Both the position numbers and the translations under genes were made by a program. From an uncultured cyanobacterium (GTDB lineage: Bacteria; Cyanobacteriota; Cyanobacteriia; Cyanobacteriales; Microcystaceae), in NCBI GenBank assembly GCA_963807635.1, contig CAWEDJ010000064.1, positions 1 through 32,386 of the forward strand: a stretch of DNA of 32,386 nucleotides, given 5' to 3'. The notes under the pieces are model-generated. The model worked only from the letters and a program-made list of their open reading frames with translations, was not told the DNA's origin and searched no databases. The number at the start of each line of letters is the position of its first letter. The first letter of the stretch is position 1. Shown piece after piece: positions 19,310 through 30,329 of this stretch.

Positions 19310-19506
19310 ATTGAAATAAATGTCAACGATTTCTCTCTGTAAAATCAGACTGCGATCGCGGTAAAGATCTGTTTTCATTTAGTTGAGCGCAAACTGCGAT
19401 GACTCAAATGACTAAAAATGTTAGGATAAACCAGACCAACGTTAACCCGTCCAACTCAGCGCAACACAGCATCAAAACGGACTAAAAAGGAGTTTCCTAG
19501 ACTAGA

Positions 19507-20531
19507 ATGCCCACTTTAAACTTAGACACTCAACAGACCGACGCGGCCCTGACCTTGCCTCCTTTGCCCTATGCTCGTCCTTTATTAATGATTGGCCACG
19601 GAACCCGCGATGATGATGGCCGCCAGACTTTTCTCGATTTTGTCAAAGTCTATCAGGAGCTTGATCTATCCCGTCCCGTTATTCCTTGTTTTTTGGAGTT
19701 AACCGAACCTTCTATCGAAAAAGGGGTTGATTATTGTGTAGAACAGGGTTATACCGAAATTTCTGCCCTACCGATTTTATTATTTGCGGCTCGACATAAT
19801 AAATTCGATGTCACCAATGAATTAGACCGTAGCCGACTTAAACATCCCCATATCAAGTTTTCCTATGGCCGTCATTTTGGCATTACCCCTAGTATTCTTG
19901 ATCTTTGGCGCGATCGCTTAGCAGTATTAGATCAACCTGAAATGAATCCCCGAAACATTTCCCGTGCAGAAACTGTTTTGTTATTTGTCGGTCGGGGTTC
20001 GAGCGATCCCGATGCCAATGGGGATGTCTATAAAATGGCACGGATGTTGTGGGAAGGCAGTGGCTATGCAACGGTCGAAACTTGCTTTATTGGCATTACC
20101 ATCCCCGACTAGAGGAAGGGTTCCGCCGAGCCAGACTTTATAAACCCAAACGCATTATCGTGTTGCCCTATTTCCTGTTTACAGGCGCGTTAGTCAAGAA
20201 AATTTTTATTAATACCGAAGCAGAACAAGTCGCATTTCCCGACATAGAAATGATCTCTTTACCCGAAATGGGCATTCAACCCCAACTGCTAGAACTCGCT
20301 AGGGAACGGGAAATTGAAACCCAATTGGGTCAGGTGAATATGAACTGCGAAAGTTGTAAATTCCGTCTGGTGGCAAAAGCCCAGGGTCATGCTCACGGAC
20401 ATCATGATCACCATGCTCACGGACATCATGATCACCACGATCATCATGCTCACGGACATCATGATCATCCCGCCGAAGATCCCTATGCCGAGCCAGAAGC
20501 CTACCACAATCGTATTTGGCAGGTTCCCTAG
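19507..20531 (+). CDS. cbiX: Sirohydrochlorin cobaltochelatase CbiX (long form, His-rich tail), frameshift near 20100
   Basis: [43 protein letters not shown] Fe-S motif and a His-rich tail. AAGGAG lies upstream. Adding one C restores GITHPRLEEG. Confidence 0.92.
20388..20468 (+). repeat. Coding tandem repeat producing the His-rich tail of CbiX
   Basis: CATGCTCACGGACATCATGATCA occurs three times (HAHGHHDH units). Confidence 0.85.
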
Positions 20532-20532
20532 A

Positions 20533-21156
20533 TTAGTGTTTGGAAATGTGCAATAACGTTTCTCCCGTTCTCCCTGTTGTTAACCATAACAAAGCCCTTG
20601 CGACATCTCTGAGAGATTTTTCAGGGGCTTCAGCAGGCAAATGGGAGGCTACAGGTAAGGGCTTGAGGATAATTCCCTGACTGCCAAAAATAATTTCACC
20701 CACTAATCGAGCGCGGGTCATGTGATTATCGGAAGTGATTAGATAAACACTTTTGATCTCTTGGTTTTTGAGAACATTTACCAGGGTCGTAAAGTTTGTG
20801 ACGGTATCCTTGGCTTGGTAATTTAAATGTAGGCGATCGCCTTTGACCCCTGCTTTTGCAAAAATACGCTTAACATACCCTTCAGGACTACCCGAAGATA
20901 CCCAAACGGGCAATTGGGGATACCGAGCCGCTAATTTTGCCGCCATGCGTTCTCGATTTTCGTGGCCACCCAAAACAAAAATGGCCTGGGGTTCTACCCG
21001 AATACTTTCTATTTCTTTATAAGCAGACAGAAGCCCTAAAACTATCAAGGGTGACAACCACCAAAGAATACTAGTCCCTATTTTACGGACAGGAACCAGC
21101 GAGGCTTCTTGTTTATTAAACCGAAGCTTGAGTAACATGAATTCATCAGACCTCAC
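20533..21156 (-). CDS. YdcF/DUF218 (ElyC/SanA-like) family protein
   Basis: AIFVLGG, VWVSSG, AKDTVTN and LITSDNHMTRA, with an N-terminal hydrophobic segment. Confidence 0.88.
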   Translation of the reverse strand: MRSDEFMLLKLRFNKQEASLVPVRKIGTSILWWLSPLIVLGLLSAYKEIESIRVEPQAIFVLGGHENRERMAAKLAARYPQLPVWVSSGSPEGYVKRIFAKAGVKGDRLHLNYQAKDTVTNFTTLVNVLKNQEIKSVYLITSDNHMTRARLVGEIIFGSQGIILKPLPVASHLPAEAPEKSLRDVARALLWLTTGRTGETLLHISKH

Positions 21157-21548
21157 ACCACCGTAATTGGTTCATCCCATTGCTGTTTTGAACTGATTTC
21201 AATTATGACGGAAGTCTCTGCAAGATGCTCCCTATTACTATAAATTCCTGACTATCCTTAATGAATCTTGACGATCTGTGGGAACTTCTGGCGATCGCAT
21301 CAAAATCCCCTTTGGGAGTCATTGGAACAAAGAACGAGAAAATTTATTAGTTTGATAACATTACCGCGCTTCAAAACCCCCTGACTGCCAGTAGAATAAA
21401 AAAAGTGAAACAGAAAAGGAATATTTGAACTCGTTTACTGAAAACCCTTAACGACTGGGTGGAGTGATTTTTCTGATTAAACGGAAAGCTCAAAGATTAT
21501 CCTAATTCGGCTATCTTAGTTGCTACTAACCAAATAATTTAAAACCCT

Positions 21549-22409
21549 ATGTCACAATCCAGACTGATTGACTTGCCCTCCGAACGTTCTGCGGCTCCTT
21601 CCCCTAATCCTCCCAATCTGGCGATCGCCTCTTCCCCTTGGGTAAAGACACAGGACAAAGAAGACAATCAGTTTCCTGAACTTGATCTAACCGCAATTAA
21701 CCAGCAGTTGGTCAACGCCAGTTCCGAAAAAATTATTGAATGGGGATTCCAGACCTTTGGCGATCGCTTGGTGATGAGTACCAGTTTTGGGATTCAAGCG
21801 GCAGTGATGTTGCACTTGGTCACTCGAATTGTCCCGAATATTCCTGTTGTTTGGATCGATACGGGCTATTTACCAACAGAAACCTATACCTTTGCCGAAG
21901 AATTAACTCAAAAACTGAATCTCAATTTACAGGTTTACCAATCGCCCCTCAGCCCCGCCCGCATGGAAGCCCTCTACGGCAAACTTTGGCAACAGGAAGA
22001 TTTAGAGTCCCTCAATCGTTATGACCAAATTCGTAAGGTAGAACCGATGCAACGGGCTTTGCGAGAATTAAAGGCGATCGCCTGGTTAGCAGGATTAAGA
22101 AAGGATCAAACCAGTCACCGTCAGGGATTGAAACCCTTAGTGAAACAGGGAAAACAGTATAAAGTTTTACCCATTCTTAACTGGAACTCCAAAGATATTT
22201 ATGAATATTTGACAGCCTATAACCTACCCTATCATCCCTATTTTGATCAGGGTTACGTTTCCGTTGGGGATTGGCATTCTAGTCGCCCTCTACTAGCTAG
22301 TGATGAGAATGAGCGGGATACCCGTTTTCACGGCGTTAAACAGGAGTGTGGATTGCATTTACCCCTCACCCCTGAAGCGGACCAGAGTTTAGATTCCAGT
22401 AGTTTATAA
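21549..22409 (+). CDS. cysH: Phosphoadenylyl-sulfate (PAPS) reductase
   Basis: [29 protein letters not shown] and ECGLH. It lacks the CC motif of Fe-S APS reductases. Confidence 0.95.
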   Translation: MSQSRLIDLPSERSAAPSPNPPNLAIASSPWVKTQDKEDNQFPELDLTAINQQLVNASSEKIIEWGFQTFGDRLVMSTSFGIQAAVMLHLVTRIVPNIPVVWIDTGYLPTETYTFAEELTQKLNLNLQVYQSPLSPARMEALYGKLWQQEDLESLNRYDQIRKVEPMQRALRELKAIAWLAGLRKDQTSHRQGLKPLVKQGKQYKVLPILNWNSKDIYEYLTAYNLPYHPYFDQGYVSVGDWHSSRPLLASDENERDTRFHGVKQECGLHLPLTPEADQSLDSSSL

Positions 22410-22439
22410 TCTACTAGTTTAAGTGGATAACAGGAATGA

Positions 22440-24339
22440 TTAACCTTGCATCACCAAGACCTTCTCTTGTTGTTTAGCGTGGAATTTTTCTACTAATTGA
22501 CGGAACTGATCCCCATCAATGGTTTCCTGTTCAATTAATAAATCCACCAGTTGATCCATCAAAACTCGATTTTCTTCGATAATTTGATGGGTTTGTTGAT
22601 GTGCTGCGCGGATGATCTGCCGAATTTCTTGATCAACCTTACCCGCGATCGCCTCGGAATATTCAGAACGTTTACCCCAATCGCCTCCCAGGGAATTGTC
22701 ATTCTCCCCTTCTAGGGCAACCAGACCCAGTTCAGACATTCCTAATTTTGTTACCATTTGCCGAGCATAATAGGTGATTTTTTCGATGTCGTTACTGGCT
22801 CCCGTGGTGATTTCCGCATCCCCAAAAATGACTTCTTCGGCAACTCTTCCCCCCAATAAGCCAGCAATTCTCGCCAATAACTGCGATCGCGTCATTAAAC
22901 CCTGCTCTTCATCGGGAGTAAACCAGGTTAAACCCTGGGCTTGTCCCTGGGAATGAGGGTGACTTTTTCCACAGGATCATGGCCAGGCGATAACGTACCG
23001 ACAAGGGCATGACCAACTTCGTGATAGGCGATCAGACGCTTACTTTTATTGTCAATCAACGGCGTTCCTTCCATCCCCGCTACCACACGGTCGATCGCAT
23101 CATTGATTTCTGCCATCGTAATCGCTTCTTTGCGCCGCCTGGCCGTAAAAATTGCCGCTTCATTCAGAACATTGGCCAGTCTGCCCCAGTAAATCCTGGA
23201 GTCCGTCGGGCAACCGTTGCAAGTTCGACTTCTTCATCCACTTTCTTGTCTTGGGCATGGATTTCTAGGATTTTATGCCGACCATTGAGATCGGGATAAT
23301 CCACCATTACTTGACGGTCAAAACGTCCAGGACGGAGCAGGGCCGAATCTAAGACATCGGGGCGATTCGTGGCAGCGATGACAATAATTCCCGTATTTCC
23401 CTCGAATCCATCCATTTCTGTCAGTAACTGATTCAGGGTCTGTTCCCTTTCATCATTTCCGCCCCCATAGCCCACACCCCGTTGGCGACCGACGGCATCA
23501 ATTTCATCAATAAAGATCAAGCAAGGCGCATTTTCCTTCGCTTTTTTAAATAAATCCCGTACCCGTGATGCCCCGACTCCCACAAACATTTCGACAAATT
23601 CCGAACCCGAAATGCTAAAAAAGGGAACTCCCGCTTCTCCCGCGATCGCCTTAGCGAGGAGAGTTTTTCCCGTTCCAGGCGGCCCAATTAATAAAACACC
23701 CCTGGGAATTTTGGCTCCAATGGCCGTAAATTTTTCAGGCTGTTTAAGGAAAGTGACAACCTCTTGCAGTTCTTCTTTGGCTTCATCAATACCCGCCACA
23801 TTCCCAAAACCCACGCCTGTTTTAGCTTCCATTTGGAATCGCGCACGGGATTTTCCAAAACTCATCGCCTGACCCGAAGCCTGGGTTGAACGACGAATAA
23901 TCATCAACAATAGCCCGATCAAAATCCCCGCAATGACCACATGACTCAATAGACTAACCAGGGCAGAATTGTCAGAAGTGCGACGAATGCCCCAATTAAC
24001 TTGACTGGTTTTCAATAATTCAATTAATTCAGGGTTGGTTTTGAATAATTTAACCGTCTTCGGTGCGGCATCTTCGGCTTGACCCTTGAGGGTAACTCTC
24101 GCTTTTTGGGCAAGGGGATCAATCTCTACTTTTTTCACCTGACCACTTTTAATATCTTTATACAGTTGGCCATAGGTCATGGTTGGACTATTTGCCGCAT
24201 TAGTATTCGCTTTAGTCTGGGCGATCGCGGGCGTGGCGACCAATAACCCTGGAATTAAGGCCCAACTGGTAAACAACCGAATAAGAAGAGCAGTCGAAAA
24301 AGAAGAGTGGTGAGGACGGCGTGGAGAAGATCGTTTCAT
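22440..24339 (-). CDS. ftsH: ATP-dependent zinc metalloprotease FtsH (FtsH1-like), two frameshifts (near 23176 and 22946)
   Basis: [47 protein letters not shown] and GASND are spread over three consecutive ORFs. Confidence 0.93.
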
Positions 24340-24460
24340 TATTCAATAGGTAGGGGCATAATGACTTATTTTTCCTATGATAGCTTGCTTAGAAAAATCC
24401 AGGTAGGTTGAATCGCTAGAACGTCTATCAATTAACCCTTTCAAAAAATTTAGAGTAATT

Positions 24461-25468
24461 TCATTGAGACAAACTTTTCTCAGAGGGGGGCAGGGAGGGA
24501 TTAGACCGAAACGTTTGTTGTAAGATAACCGCCACACTCAGGGCCATCAACCCCATAAATATCATTAATCCCAATAATAAACGCCGTTTAGGGATCTGAT
24601 TAAGCAAATTCAGTTGGGGATTGTTTCCTAAAAAGGGCTTGAGGATGCTCGGTAACGGTGTGGGGATATAGTAATCCGTATCGGGAGATTGAGTTTTTTC
24701 GACGGAAGGATCGGATGAGCGTGATTTATGAATTTCTGAAAATAACCAATAAATGGGCGTTCCCACACGGTTCAACTGGAGAGTCGAAACACCATCGGCG
24801 ATCGCAATGGGAATTTCCGAATAAAAAAGCTGATAGTTAACACCGAGTTCCCCTAATTGCGTGGTTAGGGGTTGGAGAGATTTTTTTAATCGCTGCCAAT
24901 AGAGGGGATGCTCTGGAAGATAATCACATTTAGTTAAAATCACTGCCAAGGGGAGATCTAGGGTTTGATGGCTGATCAGTTCAATCACTTCTTGCAAGGG
25001 ACGTAAAAACTGAGTGAGAGCCGCAACGCTATCGGCCACTCTCACCAAACTAGGAGCATCTAAAAAAAGACAAAATCCATCGGTATTTCCTAAAATGGTT
25101 GTGAAAGAAGGATTGTTAATATTACAGATTTCGCCTGGGGTATCCCACCACTGCACCCGTCCGATGGTCTTACTGCCCCGTTGATGACGTTGTTTGAGAG
25201 CGAATTCAAAATTAGTAATTTTCAGGGTTGCGGGGGGATATTTCCTCGTTTTAGCGACATAAATTAATATTTCATCAATCGTTTGACGAACTTCTTTATC
25301 TTCGCAGTCAAACCAAATGAGACGCTGTTGTTCTTTATCCTGGTGGCATTCGAGATAGCAAGCGGAAAAGAAAACGGTTTTGCCGACACCCCGTTCACCA
25401 ATATTCAGAAAGTTATAGGAGGGATGAGCTGGATTCGCTGATTTGGTCATAGGTGGGCAATATTTCAA
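24461..25468 (-). CDS. TRAFAC-class P-loop GTPase domain protein with C-terminal transmembrane helix
   Basis: G1 GERGVGKT, putative G2 Thr (PPATLKIT), G3 DTPGE, G4 TKCD, and hydrophobic LLLGLMIFMGLMALSVAVIL near the C-terminus. Confidence 0.75.
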   Translation of the reverse strand: MKYCPPMTKSANPAHPSYNFLNIGERGVGKTVFFSACYLECHQDKEQQRLIWFDCEDKEVRQTIDEILIYVAKTRKYPPATLKITNFEFALKQRHQRGSKTIGRVQWWDTPGEICNINNPSFTTILGNTDGFCLFLDAPSLVRVADSVAALTQFLRPLQEVIELISHQTLDLPLAVILTKCDYLPEHPLYWQRLKKSLQPLTTQLGELGVNYQLFYSEIPIAIADGVSTLQLNRVGTPIYWLFSEIHKSRSSDPSVEKTQSPDTDYYIPTPLPSILKPFLGNNPQLNLLNQIPKRRLLLGLMIFMGLMALSVAVILQQTFRSNPSLPPSEKSLSQ

Positions 25469-25492
25469 TTGCTAGAGTTTTTGAGCGCGGTA

Positions 25493-27057
25493 TCAACTAG
25501 AAATGTCTTTGGCATAAGCAGGATTCACATTTGCTAATTTAGCGACAATTTTGGGCTTGAGTTTTTCAAATTCCTGTTTCAATAATCGCTTGGTGATTTG
25601 TGGCTTGCCGCCTGGCATCGTCTGACTGTTGCTTGCCCATTCCTTCAGTAATTTACATTGATTGGGCGCAATGGTCGCGGTCATAGATTGTTGGCAACGT
25701 TGGGGATTTTCCAACGAAAAAAACAAGATCCAATATTTGCTACCTTCCCCTAATAAATTGGCAAGACGTTGACCTGAAGAAGTTTTTAAATCCAGATAAC
25801 ACGGCAACCAGCGTGGCCCATGTTCCCGATGATAAAGCACGGTAATCCAGAGCAGCATGGGGTGGGGGAGGTCATCATTAAAAACTGGTTATAACGAATA
25901 CTCGTCATACGGCTGAGGATATCCTGTTGATCTAACATTACCCAAAGCGTAGCAAAGGTTCCTTCTGAGGCCCGTAGAACCTGGGGAAAAACAATTTTTT
26001 GAACAGGTTTGTCCTGGGGCCAGCCCATTTGTAAACAGGTTTCCTTGACTCCAGGTAGGGTGGTGCGAGAAAAGGTTTTATCGGCAACAATGGTGGGGCC
26101 ACTATTATCGGGAAGATTGATAATGGTAGGATCGAGGTCGGGCAGGGGTTTTACTTGAGTAACAGGTTTGGGTTGACTCGTTGGGACGGCTTCGATCGCT
26201 TCGATCGCCCGCAGAACTTCATCTATTTTTTGGGGACGACTGTGGGGAGATTTGGCTAAACATTTCATGACCAGAGCTTCGATTGCACTCGGAACCCGAT
26301 GAATGGGGTTCATGGGTTGGGGTTTGGTGTGGTGATGGGCTTCGTACCAACCGCCAAAGGAAGAATTATCGGGAAATAAGGGCATATCCCCCGTGAGCAT
26401 CTCGTACATCATAATGCCCAAACTATAAATATCTGAACGGTTATCCAGTTCCTTGCCTTCCATCTGCTCAGGGGAACAATAGGCGAGGGTTCCCATGAAA
26501 GCTTGGGTTTGGGATTCTTCGGATTGAACCAGTTTGGCAATCCCAAAATCGAGAATTTTCACCAATTCTCCCAGGGCGGCATCTTCGACGATCAGAATAT
26601 TACTGGGCTTAATATCTCGATGGATAATCGGACAGAGTTCCCCTTGATACAAAATTCCTTTATGGGCGGACTCTAAGCCAAAACAAATTTGACGCACGAC
26701 CTTTAAAAAGCGATCAATACTCAAGGGTCGATATTTGATCACATCACTCAGACTTTCCCCCTGCAAAAATTCCATCACATAAAAGGGAATTTCTTTTTCA
26801 TCCAATCCATAATCTTTCACGCGCACGATATGACTGCTTTTTTCCCCCAACAGAGCCGAAATCGTCGCTTCTCGCTCAAAGCGTTCTTTCATTTTCTGAT
26901 TGAGTAGCGCTTGGGAAAGAAACTTAACGGCGACCGTGACTCCACCGAGCAGTTTATCCTCCGCTCGATAAACCTGCCCCATAGCACCACTCCCCGCAAG
27001 TTCTATCAGTTGATAACGGTTAGCAAGTAGGCGGCGATGTCTGGTATCGGGAGGCAT
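25493..27057 (-). CDS. spkA: Ser/Thr protein kinase SpkA, frameshift near 25865
   Basis: GSGAMG, VAVK, HRDIKPSN, DFG and SPE motifs. The N-terminus matches my recollection of Synechocystis SpkA. Adding one C restores TSPHPMLLWIT into ORF 25493..25858. Confidence 0.85.
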
Positions 27058-27112
27058 AGTTGAACGAACCTTGGGTGGGGGATGAGGGAATAGGAAATGG
27101 GGTTAGATAAAA

Positions 27113-27556
27113 TTAGGGTTGGCGTTCCAGGATAGCTTCCATTGTACTGGTGAGATAATGGCCCGCCAGAATGCCACCCGCAAAATGATAACGATGGTCA
27201 CTCAAGCGATGAAATGTCTCGAAACCACTTTTACGTTGGCGATCGCCGAGAACCCAATAGCGTTGAATAATGGACTCTGGTGCAATCCATCCTTCTCCTT
27301 CGACTCGCCCTAAGACACTTTGTTGCAACACGTAAGTATATTGACGTTCTTCGCCATTTAACCGTCCGCGATATTGAAAAGATATTTCGTCGCGATCGCT
27401 ATCGGGAAAAACGAGTTTTGTCACCATTGTAAACCAGTCTTCTTGATTCCAGGCGATAATCGTCCGTCCTTTTACGGTCATAGGCATTTCATTGCGTTCT
27501 AACCAATGACCTTCAATATTCCAACGTCCTGCTTCCATTAAAAAGGTGTGTGTCAA
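27113..27556 (-). CDS. Conserved cyanobacterial hypothetical protein
   Basis: HTFLMEAGRW...LGRVEGEGW...GFE. In-frame TTG start at 27556 with AAGGAG 7 nt upstream; the ORF track extends to 27661. Confidence 0.75.
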   Translation of the reverse strand: MTHTFLMEAGRWNIEGHWLERNEMPMTVKGRTIIAWNQEDWFTMVTKLVFPDSDRDEISFQYRGRLNGEERQYTYVLQQSVLGRVEGEGWIAPESIIQRYWVLGDRQRKSGFETFHRLSDHRYHFAGGILAGHYLTSTMEAILERQP

Positions 27557-27670
27557 GCTACCACTCCTTAGAATTAATTGTGAGGTTTGAAAATACACCT
27601 TTGTAACCTTAGTATTCCCACAAGCGGTGTAAAACTTACCACTACGGAGAAAATTATTCATCCCAAAACG

Positions 27671-28837
27671 TCAGGAGGATGACAATACGGGACGATGAAT
27701 TTCTCCGAGTAATTGGGATTGTTTAGCCCCTGTTACCTGGGGTAAGTTGCCCGTAAATCCGTCATGGAAACGCCAATAGGCGAACACCGCAAAGGCGATC
27801 GCCTCTTTAAAGTTGACATTGAGTCCCACGTCGTCGGTCGTCAATAATATTGTTTCCGATGGTAAATTCGCCTTAAAGCGTTCCCTTAAGTATAAATTAT
27901 GACTTCCTCCCCCGCATAAAAGAATGCTATGGGGTAGGTGGGGTAAAAAACGCTGATAACTATCAATGACAGAAAGAACCGTTAATTCGGTTAGGGTCGC
28001 TAAAAAATCACTCTCACTGAGTTCATAGGATTGGGCTTCTGTCCAACAATCACTGAGATACATTTCCCCAAAAAGCTCCCTTCCCGTTGATTTTGGCGGC
28101 GGATGTTTAAAGAAAGCCTGTTGTAACCAATGATCAACCAGTTCTTGGCAGAATTTCCCCTGGGCGGCCCATTGACCATTGGGATCGTAGGTTTGCTTAC
28201 CCTGGGTGAATTTTTGCACTGCTAAATCAATAAGGACATTGGCAGGGCCCGTATCCCAACCGCAAATATGGTCTTCCCAATGCTCTTGGTGTCGGGGGGG
28301 AAGATAGGTGACATTACCAATTCCTCCCAAATTTTGGATACAACGATGTTCCGTCGGATGACTAAGCAGACAGGCATCCACTTTGGGGACAAGGGGTGCG
28401 CCCTGCCCTCCTGCGGCGATATCTGCTACGCGAAAATTACTAACGGTGGGAATTCCTGTCAGATGGGCTAAAACGTCTCCCCTACCTAGTTGCCAACTGT
28501 AACCTAATTCAATCGGTTTTGAGGCATCGGGCGGACGATGAAATACGGTCTGGCCATGAGATCCAATCAAATCTGCTGGGGGCATTCCTTTCTGGACGGT
28601 TTGGGCGGCTAGGGCAAATTGGGCCGCGATCGCATCATCTAAGTGAGCCAATTCAGGCAAACTCAAAACCGCACCGCCAGCAATTTCAATAATTTCTGCT
28701 CTCAACTCTTCGGGATAGGGATAGGTCGCCCCATTGAGGAGATCAACTTTTAAATTGAGACCTGACCCTGTGATTTCTACTAGGCAAGCATCAATGCCAT
28801 CGACGGATGTACCGCTCATCAATCCAATACAGTGCAT
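27671..28837 (-). CDS. anmK: Anhydro-N-acetylmuramic acid kinase
   Basis: [52 protein letters not shown] and KEAIAFA. Confidence 0.95.
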   Translation of the reverse strand: MHCIGLMSGTSVDGIDACLVEITGSGLNLKVDLLNGATYPYPEELRAEIIEIAGGAVLSLPELAHLDDAIAAQFALAAQTVQKGMPPADLIGSHGQTVFHRPPDASKPIELGYSWQLGRGDVLAHLTGIPTVSNFRVADIAAGGQGAPLVPKVDACLLSHPTEHRCIQNLGGIGNVTYLPPRHQEHWEDHICGWDTGPANVLIDLAVQKFTQGKQTYDPNGQWAAQGKFCQELVDHWLQQAFFKHPPPKSTGRELFGEMYLSDCWTEAQSYELSESDFLATLTELTVLSVIDSYQRFLPHLPHSILLCGGGSHNLYLRERFKANLPSETILLTTDDVGLNVNFKEAIAFAVFAYWRFHDGFTGNLPQVTGAKQSQLLGEIHRPVLSSS

Positions 28838-28850
28838 TTGAACCTCTAAA

Positions 28851-29135
28851 TTACTGGAGTCGGGATGCCATTGTGAGAACGCCCTGTTGACCGATCAGGA
28901 TTTCTCGTAATAGTGTACAAATTCCAACCAAGAGAATGGGGGTAATATCGACACCGCCCAGGGGAGGAATTAATTTGCGTGCAGGAATGAGAAATGGTTC
29001 GGTGGGGAGGGCGATCAGCTTCCAGGGGAGGCGAGTCAGTTCTACCTGGGGATACCAGGTCAAAATAATGCGAAAAATGAACAAAACCGTCATCAGAGCT
29101 AGAAGAATGCCGAGAGAAATATTAATAAAATCCAT
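28851..29135 (-). CDS. YggT family membrane protein
   Basis: [14 protein letters not shown] and [11 protein letters not shown]. Confidence 0.9.
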   Translation of the reverse strand: MDFINISLGILLALMTVLFIFRIILTWYPQVELTRLPWKLIALPTEPFLIPARKLIPPLGGVDITPILLVGICTLLREILIGQQGVLTMASRLQ

Positions 29136-29306
29136 TTGGGGTTAGTCATTATTTTTATAGATACAACCTAATTTTACGAAATTTTCAAGCCAAAAGTCAA
29201 AACTTAGATGATGGTTTAATTCTTTTCCTCATGCAAAAAAATATTTCTTCGTTAAAAGCAAAAATGCGATCGCCTTGATGTATCGCTTAATTTTATATAA
29301 TGACTG

Positions 29307-29696
29307 ATGATTCCATCATTCAAACAATCTATAACTATGAAAAGCGCAGATGAACTAAGACAAGAACGAATTGATGACGAAATTATTGTCGATTGCTATG
29401 ACGACGACGAAGTGATGATGGGATGGTATTACTATCTAGAGGAAAAATTAACTTTTCCGTTTACTGCCAAATATCGAGATTCAGGGAAAGGACGAGGAAA
29501 AAAGACAACTCAACTCTTACAGGTGGTTGGAATGGCTGATGAGGATGAATGCAACAGAGAAATACAGGTAATGATTCTATTACAAGAAGATGGAGTTGAA
29601 GATCAAATCCCTGTGGCTCTTTCCCAACTTGAAGGAGTTGAGGTAGATGAAGCAACGGCAAAGGCGATCGCGGATTGGCATTGCTGGGTTGAATAG
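29307..29696 (+). CDS. CcbP-like calcium-binding protein
   Basis: Acidic, with ERIDDEIIVDCY..E..MGWYYYL...FPF and AIADWxxW. The start may be 29337. Confidence 0.75.
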   Translation: MIPSFKQSITMKSADELRQERIDDEIIVDCYDDDEVMMGWYYYLEEKLTFPFTAKYRDSGKGRGKKTTQLLQVVGMADEDECNREIQVMILLQEDGVEDQIPVALSQLEGVEVDEATAKAIADWHCWVE

Positions 29697-29800
29697 GGCG
29701 ATCGTATTTTATTTTTAATATCTAAACGGCGATCGCTTCCTTAATTTTTGAACTTGATTATTGCTAAGATGTTCGTATAATTTGAAATAGGGAGAAAATC

Positions 29801-29873
29801 ATGCAATCAATCGAACAATTGATGAATGAGGTGTTATCTCTACCCAGGGAATCAAGAGCTATTTTAGTAGATA
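29801..29873 (+). pseudogene. 5' remnant of an addiction-module antitoxin gene, truncated by IS630
   Basis: GGAGA ribosome-binding site, then MQSIEQLMNEVLSLPRESRAILVD. Similarity ends at TA 29872-29873. Confidence 0.65.
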
Positions 29874-30305
29874 CAGCACTTTTCGCTAGAATAACAGACG
29901 ACAAAAAAAGAGGAAAAATAAACTTATGACAATATACTCACTAGACCTAAGAGAAAGAGCATTGGCGTTGTATATCGTAGAAAAGCTGTCGATAAGAAAA
30001 ATCGCCGAAAGATTATTGATAAATAAAAGTACGGTCAATGAATGGCTGAAATTGTACCGAGAGCAAGGGAATGTAAAACCGAAACGAGTAGGTTCAACAA
30101 GAAAAAGTCAATTAGAAGACTACAAGGAAGAAGTAAAAAAGATGGTAGCAGAATATCCTGATTATACTTTGGCAGAATATTGTGAGTATTGTTTGGAAAA
30201 AATGGGTGTGGGACTGAGTGAAAGCGCAATGTGCCGTTTTTTGCAAAAAGAAAACTTAACCCGAAAAAAAAGACATTAAGAGCAAGCCAAGCAGGAAAAG
30301 AAAGA
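29874..30305 (+). mobile_element. IS630-family element, left part (orfA 29926..30279, truncated just after the frameshift site)
   Basis: Begins after a TA target. YSLDLRERAL HTH and LTRKK, with an A8G slippery site (30264-30272) whose -1 frame continues KTLRASQAG. Confidence 0.85.
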
Positions 30306-30329
30306 AGCGGTTCTACCGAACTTATCGCT

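Noticed and set aside
19310..19506. Cobalamin riboswitch upstream of cbiX
   Set aside because: No B12-box or GGGAA/GCCACTG core was found; there is only a weak imperfect hairpin near 19376-19420.
20289..20507. Met/Val-rich 72-aa minus-strand ORF
   Set aside because: It is the antisense shadow of the CbiX His-repeat.
24470..24503. G/C-rich tract resembling the dispersed repeat at the GTPase 3' end
   Set aside because: It is too degenerate, has no complete hairpin and lies within coding sequence.
686..27057. A shared programmed frameshifting or recoding system explaining the split genes
   Set aside because: The shifts go in both directions and share no slippery motif or stimulatory structure. 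Sequencing error is more parsimonious.
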